Under the pieces are notes generated by a model that saw nothing but the letters and a program-made list of their open reading frames with translations, was not told where the DNA came from and did no database searches. Positions 55,136-64,000 of a stretch of 64,000 nt of DNA are shown one piece after another (position 1 is the stretch's first letter; every line of letters starts with the position of its first letter). Made by a program: the position numbers and the translations under genes. This stretch comes from Spironucleus salmonicida. Lineage: Eukaryota. Where the stretch lies: NCBI RefSeq assembly GCF_000497125.1, contig NC_090600.1, positions 620,001 to 684,000 on the forward strand, in the 5' to 3' direction.

Positions 55136-56407
55136 TATCTACATGTAACCTTTGAAGACGATTTGTGTAGTGTGACTAGTTGACTATCTGGCAGCAATTG
55201 GTATATACTATCTTCTGGAAGGTGGGCTACTGTTTGCATAATATCCACTACCTGGACAGCAAAATATCTACAGTAGCTCAGTGTGCATATGCACATATTC
55301 TATCATTGCGACCACACTCATAGTGTAGAGTAAACGGTTTAATACAATACAATCTACGCTAATAACTCGTCTCACTATGTAGCTCAATTGGCCAGACCAT
55401 AACTCAGTTGCACGAGACCTCCAGCTTGAAGTCCAGGTTCATGTGCAGATCCTGATGCTGGCGGGCCGTGCGATCTTCTATGTCGCACGCGTCGCTGCTG
55501 TCTTCCGTCGCCTCCTGGCTTCCCTTCCCGCTGAGGACGGCCTCCAAGACGGTGTAAAAGTTCGTAAACACCACCTGGCCGTCTATGTTGAGGATGGAGG
55601 AGCTGTCAAAGTCCAGCATCACGGGCCCTAGGCTCATGCCCATGACCTTCCTCTTGGTGCTGTGCGTCATGACGGCGGCGCTTCCGCTGCAGTACTCCTG
55701 GTCTACGACGATAATTTTCCGCGCGTCGTCGGAGTAAGATATCGTAAGCGGGGGTGTGAGAGCTTGGACCTCGCAGCACAGCGAGCTTAGCTCGTGGAGC
55801 AGCTAGGCGAAAATGGTGTAGTGGGGGTTTTGGATGTCGCTGGGATAGCCGTAGTAAGACAGAAGCGACTCAATCTGGTCTGAATCGAGCGCCGATAGAT
55901 CGTACACGTACTGTTTCCTGTCCGCTTGGTTTATCCTCTGTACAAAATTTTGGATCGGCATTACTAAAATACCTCGTACTAGAATTACTATTAGTAGTGG
56001 CCTATATGTATTAGTAAAATAAATAAGTAGATAGTAATTATTCTACTTAGTCTAATATATGTATATGTCATATTAATGATATCTATATACTAGTTAAGAT
56101 AATTCCATTCAATAAGTAATATAATAATCCGTTACTAGGAGTTTTTTCTTCTTGTATATACAGTCTACATAAAAAATAAGTGTGTTTTACGATTATTGTA
56201 GAAAGAATTATTATCAATATAATAGGTAGATAGGCATATTCCAGGCCAAAACTTTGGTGAAATTATTAACTAACCTAATTTGTATTATAACGCATAATGT
56301 ATTTTCACTATTCGTCATATTTCATTTTTAAATGTTTTTATAGTTAAGTATTCTATGCCAAAACACAATATTATCTGGAGAACGCGTCGCAGCTTGCGCT
56401 CTGCAGA
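55136..56407. repeat. Palindrome arm A'
   Basis: Reverse complement of 36240-37511. Confidence 0.95.
55404..55961 (-). CDS. Hypothetical protein (185 aa), copy 2
   Basis: Mirror of 36686-37243 with a V/M change. Confidence 0.75.
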
Positions 56408-56788
56408 AGTTTAGGTTGTCGCCCCCACCATAGAGCCTTATACGTATCGCGCCAGCCACAAAATAAATGAAACACACCACTCCGAAAACGGTTTATGTAA
56501 TGTTTTGCGCCTAGAAAATTATCTAAAATTATATATATTATATTATAAATTTTAACGTAGAAACTGCTTTTAACGTGGCACGACGGTGATTCGATATCCA
56601 CGTGAGCCAAATTCCTCCATTTCGATGTGAGCAATGTCACCAATCGCCCGCAGCATTTTGCTCTAGCCCGCATGAGTGCCGAGCACTCATTTCAGCTTCG
56701 CCAGCTGTCACGGTTTTGCATCTCACAAAATAGTTAAGCAACTGCTTATATGCTATAATGGATTTCAATCCCAAAAGCCTAAAACCAA

Positions 56789-58303
56789 TCACTTGCCCTT
56801 GCTTTTCGACTTGCTGCTCTTAACCACTTTCTCCCTCTTCTTGTACACAAGCGCAAATTTGATCTCGATCAGCACAATGTATACAACGCTCACGAGCACG
56901 CTAGCGCCCTCCGTGTACATTATGACGTACAGGTAGTCCGCCTTGTCGCCGACCTCGCTCGAAATCGTTGCAATGCTCAGGCTCATGACGACGATCTTGA
57001 TAATTGCCTGGATGTACACTAGTAGGTACTCCTGGTCGGCTACGAGGTAGTTCGTGACGACCTGCGGGATGATATCAAGCGTGAACAAAACAAGCGCCAG
57101 CACCGCTGAAAACTGGTACAGCTTCTCCTCAGCGTCGAAGTACAACTCGAACTCCTTATTCTCCCAGGTGGGAATGAAAATGAGGCAAAACTCCCGCGCG
57201 AACGCGAAGAGGAGGGCCGCAGGAACGCCTGTGACGACCATCGCGTGTATGATCGTTTTGTACATCATCTGTTTGTTAAGAGCGAATTTGTTGTACTTCA
57301 AAGCTGCAGTTGCAAAGACAAAATGAGCGCGCGAAAATGCCATTGGAATTGCCTATACGATGCTGAAAATAAAGTAATAAACGTAGAGATCGCACGACGC
57401 TTGGAAAATGAGCTGACTGGATGAAAAACTTTTCTAAATTGACGTGTAAGATGCTAAAATAGCGATTGGGAGGGTAATGTCAATGAAAAATTTTGGCATA
57501 CTAATAAAGAGAATAGTCAGCTACTGTTTTATTTTGATTTTCGTTATTTAATACATTTCCTTGAACTCTAAGACTTGGACATTTCTGACCTTGAAGCCAT
57601 ATAGCGTATGGCCAAGAACTAGAGCAACTTGCCAAACAATGCACAAAATGTTACTTATTAAATAAGCTACGAAGCAGTTCATGTTTCCCTTTGTTTCACG
57701 CTATGAAAATGTGAAAACATATAATAATTGCTCGATTGCTAGACATAAGAGCGTATTCACTATAGATGAACAAAATGCTATTATAACTCTCTATTCCATA
57801 AGATATCTTTAAATCATGGAGATGTTAAGAGCTGTAAATAATGGGCCAAAAATACTATAAAGAATATAAGATAATTTATAATCCGCAATAATAGAAAACA
57901 TATCAGCTTAAACAGTACTCCAAGATCCGATTGATATAAGCAATAAGAGAACAAATCCTACTGTAGTAAAATAATATGCGGAAAGTAAGCTTCTGCGTTC
58001 GTCTAAATTATCATCTATTTATAAGATTAATGTTCTGGCTGAAAGATTATATTGAAAAGCTGAAGGGAGAGCTACACAAAAAATATAAAATGCAGTTTAA
58101 AAAGGAATATTGTTTAAAATAGCTTCAGCTGGGTAATAATAAATCTAAAAACTGATTGATATCATCATCTAAAGTTTTTATAGTATAAAACCTAGAGCAA
58201 GTGGTAATACATAAGAATATAGATTTGGGATAAATTTTTAAACTACTAAATCTTCAGGTTTCGCCAATTTAATAATAACTGGAGGACATTCGAGTGTTGC
58301 CAT
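56789..58303 (-). CDS. Polytopic membrane protein (~504 aa), possibly MATE-like transporter
   Basis: Many hydrophobic segments, Lys-rich tail, ends AAGTGA; family assignment from size and topology only. Confidence 0.7.
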
Positions 58304-58998
58304 TTTAACAGACTACTATAATATGTATAAATGCCCTTAATAATAATTTAACTGTAAATTATTAAATCACTTATTATCGATTAATAATTATATACTATAG
58401 CAGAATAAACACAATCATAAAAGTAACTCACAATATATTAATAATAACTAAAATAAGTACGTATATTATACACTATATAATATTTAAATTTATATAAATA
58501 AAAATGAATATTTGTGATGTTTGTCTAGGGCCTTAGTAAGTAATTAAATTACGATAATTAGAGAATAATACATAATGTGTTGTTTGTAAACTAATTTTTT
58601 CTGGATATGACTGGGATAACCGGATATTATGTCATACAAAAGTTAGAACTTATCTTTGCATACAGTGCGCATAAAACCTTTAATGTTGCTAGTGTTGCAT
58701 GCGGGATGATATAACTTAAGAATATAATCTTGTATTTAAGCTATGATTCATCATCAATATTATCATATTAATAAATCTAGGCATTATACTAAACTGCAGA
58801 AAAAGTCGTCATTAATTTATATAATTTAAGAATATTCAAAAATGTACTACTGTTACCTTGCATGTAAGTGAAACTATTTTTATTTCGAGTAACATTTATT
58901 TTAAAAAGGCACTTTCTCCTATTCGAACTAATTATTTTTACTCACTCTACGTTGTTATTTTATGTCAGTTAAGAAAATATACAATCAAATAAAATGGC

Positions 58999-59688
58999 TC
59001 ACTGTCTAACGTAGACGCCGCAGTCGGGGACGATGACGCTGGGCGGGCAGTTGGTGTCGGGGATGACGCAGTCATCGCAGTTCTCGAGGCCACACTTGAA
59101 GATGAAGTTGGGTCTGGTGGCGAGGCCGGACTCGCAGCTGAGGTCGGCGTTGCATTGAACGTGAACCTCGATGAGGAACTTGAGGGCGACGAAGCCGGTG
59201 GGGATGGTGCCGGTAAGCTGGTTGCAGGCTAAGTGGAGCTCCTTGAGGAAGAGCAGGTTGCCCATGCAAGTAGGGATAGTGCCGGTGATGTCGTTGTCGC
59301 TCATGTAGACGAACTGGACAAAGGCCAGGTTGCAGATGCACTGTGGGATAGCACCAGTGATGCCAGCATTGTTGGCCTGGAGGTACTGGAGGCTTCTGAG
59401 AGTACAGAATGAGGCAGGAATGGCAGTATTCATCTTTTGGTCGTTCATATACAGGGACTTCAGGACTGGGAACGAATCAAAAACATCGGCGAGCTGGCCC
59501 GTGAGCCCGAAGCCGCTAAGGTCGAGCCCCACGATGTAGCCCTGGGAATTGCAGGTTACGCCGGCCCAGGCGCACACAGAGGCGCTGGTGTTCCAGCCGA
59601 CGGAGCCTTTCCAGCTCGCACCGCCGTTGGCCGCGTAGATGGCGTCAAGCGCTTGGCGCTGTGTGAGGACTGCCAGGATGGAAATCAT
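58999..59688 (-). CDS. CWP: Cyst wall protein, diverged third paralogue (229 aa)
   Basis: Same N-terminus as other CWPs; C-terminal TNCP...DCGVYVRQ resembles the Giardia CWP1 end. Confidence 0.9.
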   Translation of the reverse strand: MISILAVLTQRQALDAIYAANGGASWKGSVGWNTSASVCAWAGVTCNSQGYIVGLDLSGFGLTGQLADVFDSFPVLKSLYMNDQKMNTAIPASFCTLRSLQYLQANNAGITGAIPQCICNLAFVQFVYMSDNDITGTIPTCMGNLLFLKELHLACNQLTGTIPTGFVALKFLIEVHVQCNADLSCESGLATRPNFIFKCGLENCDDCVIPDTNCPPSVIVPDCGVYVRQ

Positions 59689-60135
59689 TGAGGGAAGGGA
59701 AGCCTAGTAGGGGCGCGTAGGATAGAAGTATATAAGAAAATACATATTAGTACATTTAGATAAATTACTAATTGTTACTACTTAAAATACTACATGATAA
59801 TTTCAGGTACTATGGGTATTATCATAACCAGCTTAAAATAATTGTTTTCACTTAATAATAATTTTTTCAATATGAATAAATGAGGGAAATGCACCTAATT
59901 CTAAATTATATAATATCATATATGCATATTTTAATATGAAAATGTATCCATTGCACGGTTTCCCAGACATGCATGTGCTATTTTCCCGCGCCGGAACTGG
60001 CCCGATCTGAATTTTATCGGCGAGTCACTATGACCACGAGCAAAGAGAGCCGAATTGGTCGCCGCGCAGGCTTCAGAATCGTCCATCTTGCCGCGGTACT
60101 TCGCCTCCAATCGCAAATTCCGCACCGGCCAACTC

Positions 60136-60657
60136 TCACTGCAGGTTAAAGTACTGCGGGTAGAGCTTCCGGATGCGGTAGTGGATCTGCGTATCGCTGC
60201 GGCCGGCGAGCGCCTGCACCACTCGCTTGAAATCGCGCTTGCTAGGGTGCTTCTGCAGCAACTCGTACAGGCGCAGGTCCTCCTCTACGCTCCATTTCCC
60301 CTTGATCAGTCCCGGGCGGCAGACTCTGTGCCAGCGCTGGTGGCATTGCTTCGGGCTCAGCTGCTGCGCGGATGGGCACTGCCGGTTGATGAGGCTGGCG
60401 ACCTGTGCCCAGTTGGTGCAGTTGAAGTGCTCCACCAGAACCCGGAGCAGGTAGTTCTAGATCGGGCACCACGGGTAGATTATGTTCGCCTAGGTCCGGA
60501 AGGTGAACGTTTTCGCGTCGAAGAAAATCTTGTTCTCGCTGTACGGCTGCAAGAGCATGTCAGATTTGTCCATTGTTATGGTGGGCATCTGGATTTCTAT
60601 GACCGGGCTCTTTTCTACGAGGTCCCGATCGAACACAAAGCTCTCAAAGAAGGACAT
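60136..60657 (-). CDS. Two-repeat Myb DNA-binding protein (173 aa)
   Basis: NWAQVASLI...KQCHQRWHRVCRPGLIKGKWSVEEDLRL...GRSDTQIHYR. Confidence 0.85.
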
Positions 60658-63083
60658 TTAGAGAGCGGAAGATTTATATTATAATAATTATCATACTGTG
60701 GGTGCCCTAAAACAAAGTATACGTATACTTTGATATCTAATTACATATTAAGGGTGCTAAATTCGATACTCTGTCCTGTATCCGCATGAGCGTTTGGAGT
60801 TCGGATTGGTTGTTTCATGGTACCATCTAACATGCCTGGTCATCTCTATATGTACTGCTAGAGTAGAACTTCAACTTACTTACTCCTGAGAGATACTGTT
60901 TACGGCCTAGCAGCTTTTGCATCTGAATGTAATTTGAAAACGGCTACGCTTGAGCGCATTTATAACCAACCGTATCAGCACAGCATTGTTGCATAGCTAC
61001 GGCGTCGCCATACAAAGGTTACTGTATCTTCTGATAGAACCTGCACAGGTCAAGCAGACTCTTATAATAGCGAATGGTTGCCTATGTTACTCGACCAAAT
61101 AAAGAACTGTGATACCTGGGGGATTTTTTCAGTAGTTTGCCTCCGTATAGCGCCTGAATTATTGCCGTATCTGGCACTCTTGCTTCGGGACATGGATGTC
61201 TCATACTTTGAGCGTACCAAGTAGGATTTAGGCAGCAATACGATCAGTATTCTCCTAAGTTCAAAAAGACATTGTTGACGCTAGTATAAGTGGAAATATT
61301 TTTAAAATATGGCAAGATAATGGGAATATAACTTAATAATTTACTCTAGATTGAGTCCGGATACCCTAGGGCGCCATCTAGTAGTGCACTACACACACTT
61401 TCTTTTCAGAGCGCCAAGAATTACTTTTATCATCGAATATTTCCCACTACATAATTTTTCCATTATGACCTCAATATAAAACTTCAGGTTAATGGTACAG
61501 ATGAAATATTTAATGTTATAAATACAAGCTACCAAAATATAACTCAGAAAAGATAGCCTATATTATAAATATACTCATAGCTGCTACTAGCAGGGTGCTG
61601 AATTGTTCTTGCGGGTCTGGATAGATATTTGTATGGGGGTTGGAACCAAATAATTTTTGTGATCCTGAGTATCAGATGGCGAAATGTGGAAATATGGCAA
61701 CCATGTTAGGGTTATTAGGCCTGCTATTATAATTGGCCCCTATAATTGGTAGTAAATCGATATGGATAAATAGCTGGCTGTATATAAAGGCAGTGAGTTC
61801 TAAATCTATCGTGTAGCTCCTAAACATTACAACAGTAATTCAGTATATTGTTAATCTGCAATTTTCTAGTGAAGCTGACTATGATCTACTCTTTCATGCA
61901 TACATATCGTGTTACGCCTTGATCGTCGAAGATAATATTTACACTATTAGAATAAGAGAAAACAGCGTAAATTCAGATAATACATGTATTGGTTAGTTGT
62001 CTTTCGCGGAGTGCAGCATAGCTAGAGTTCGGCATTGCCGGTATATTGCTCGTAAGTGTACTAGAGTTGACTAGGGTTACTAAAGATCAGGATTTTGTCA
62101 GCGATACTGTCAGTATATAAGCAGTAAGGCTACATATACGCGGAACAGTGTATACAGCCATAGGCCTAACCAGTTATAGACCTATTTCAGCTGTTACATC
62201 CATCTTTAAAACATGTATCGCTTAATTCAAGATCAAGGTGAGTGGATGGTTACTATTAAATTGAAAGAATTCTATTAATTTATCAGGGGCTTAGGATAAA
62301 CAACACAGGAATGCATATTTATGATTCAACAATTTTAGGAAACGGAGGAATACACCCATAAACCCTCATTACTTTGAAATAAATTAAAATTTCACCCCTT
62401 CCTATTGTAAATGCATCCTGCTAGCTAAAATTTTACATTAAGCGTAAACATCAAAATATTTTAAACTTACTAAAAAGTCAACACTAATATGTGTTTTAGA
62501 AGAAACTGCATTATTGGATAACTTAGCACCTAGTATAAATAGATAGGATATATCGAGACATATCACAAACAATATTGCAGAATCACTTATTAAAATGTAC
62601 TTTAAGCCTACATTGGAAGTGAATATTATGCATATATGCAACTCATGTTTTTATAGGTTATGATTGCCCAGGTTATTTAGCATTAGAGTTTAACTTCTTG
62701 AGTTCTTCTCCCTAATACAACAGTAATATTTGCTCTATATTCTTGCACGTACTAATAACATATGATATTAACTGTTTATAAAAATTAGTATAAATACAAT
62801 AGATCTAGTTTAAAAAAATGGTAATTATTCTCATAAAATTAAGGATATCGTTGGGAAAATAGGTATAGCTCTTACAGTTAAGTTACTATATCAAGAACAC
62901 AATAAATATGAAGTATAAGACGGTATAAACATTAATTCAAGCATAGTTTACTTGACAAGTTATTATGAAAATATTATAGGTTTTATTTTAATGAGTTTAA
63001 TCAAAAATATAAATTATTATTTTGTTTTTACTATTAATCATTATTTTATTAATTATTTCCTAAAACTTTTATATATTTATAAA

Positions 63084-63506
63084 ATGAGCTGCGACTAGGA
63101 TGATGATATTATCATTAACCCAATATTTTAGTAACTCGACGAAAAGGGGATGACACGACTAGGTGCTGATAAGGTTTAAGGGATTATATAATTTAATTAT
63201 AAACTTCTTAGTACTGTAGACTAAAAAGAATTATAATAGATCCACCTCACTGAGTTTAACAAGGAATAAGGCAAGTAAATAAAAACCAGGACAATGTTAC
63301 TAAAACTTTAAGAGAGCAGTCGAGCGTATCCTCCTAAACGCTCAGGCTTTACTCATGTCGAAACAACTATACCAACTGAGGCTAGTAGTCCACGAAAAAT
63401 GATTTCGAATCGTGCATCATCCAACATTCTTAGGAAAAATCCAATAATTAGGAATACATTGAAACCTTAGGCTTTTAGCTTTATCAAATATATTTCATTA
63501 GAATGA
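63084..63506 (+). CDS. Hypothetical protein (140 aa)
   Basis: MSCDQDDDIIINPIFQQLDEKG... open to TGA. Confidence 0.6.
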
Positions 63507-63603
63507 TTAATATATTTAAGAGATCCTAAGCTTTATTTGTTGGTATAAATAGTGAACATGTATATATCTAATACTTATATATTTTTAGACAAGATTAATC
63601 ACC

Positions 63604-63999
63604 TCAAATCAATCCACTAACGAATTTATTTATCTTTGCACCAACATGACCTGCTTTAATAGCACCACCTTCGTCGTATTTTTATTCATTGAGTTCGAAC
63701 TTTCTGAATAAAGTGTTAACTATGTCAAATTTCGATCCACCGTTAAATAACTCTGACGCGCAATCTTAAACACAATAAAATCCTTCCTACCCTAACAGCT
63801 CTTCAATCAACATATTATCTACATTTACTTTCTATTCACCTTCTATTGTCACTTTTCCTCTTTGGAAAATTATTTTTTCTACTATTTCATATGTGGGTTC
63901 ACCATAGCAGATAAAACCTTCACAGCTAACTAACATTTTATGAATAATCTCAGTATTTTTCAAGAAAATACAATTATTATCCTTTAAACCTAGAAGTGT
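63604..63999 (-). CDS. uL30 family (RPL7/Rlp7-like) protein, 3' part; runs off the window
   Basis: YGEPTYEIVEKIIFQRG, DNMLIEELLG, KINKFVSGLI; divergence and AT-rich codons favour an Rlp7-like paralogue. Confidence 0.75.
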
Positions 64000-64000
64000 T

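Noticed and set aside
60817-61278. 153-codon open frame in a moderate-GC region (60.7-62.3 kb)
   Set aside because: With one stop codon such frames arise by chance; no motif, codon bias or AGTGA end.

Overview
Eukaryotic, gene-dense, apparently intron-less DNA read with the non-standard code TAA/TAG=Gln and TGA as the only stop, so the supplied ORF track fragments most genes. The code, Giardia-type cyst wall proteins, AGTGA stop context and C-rich pre-ATG motif point to a hexamitid diplomonad, probably Spironucleus (inference). Recognisable genes: FAD synthetase, EF-hand protein (x2), RING protein, two Myb proteins, a tandem double papain-family protease, three cyst wall proteins, a C-terminally truncated pyruvate kinase (x2), IscU, a small Cys-rich membrane protein, a polytopic transporter, an uL30/Rlp7-like fragment and several coiled-coil proteins. 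The main structural feature is five near-identical inverted repeat pairs (1.3-4.0 kb). Three are nested into a 20 kb interrupted palindrome (36240-56407) around IscU, and two more are interleaved. Arm ends fall at gene starts or inside genes, and in the cut genes codon composition switches from AT-rich to GC-rich at the arm end. All translations, boundaries and composition statements were read by eye, not computed.
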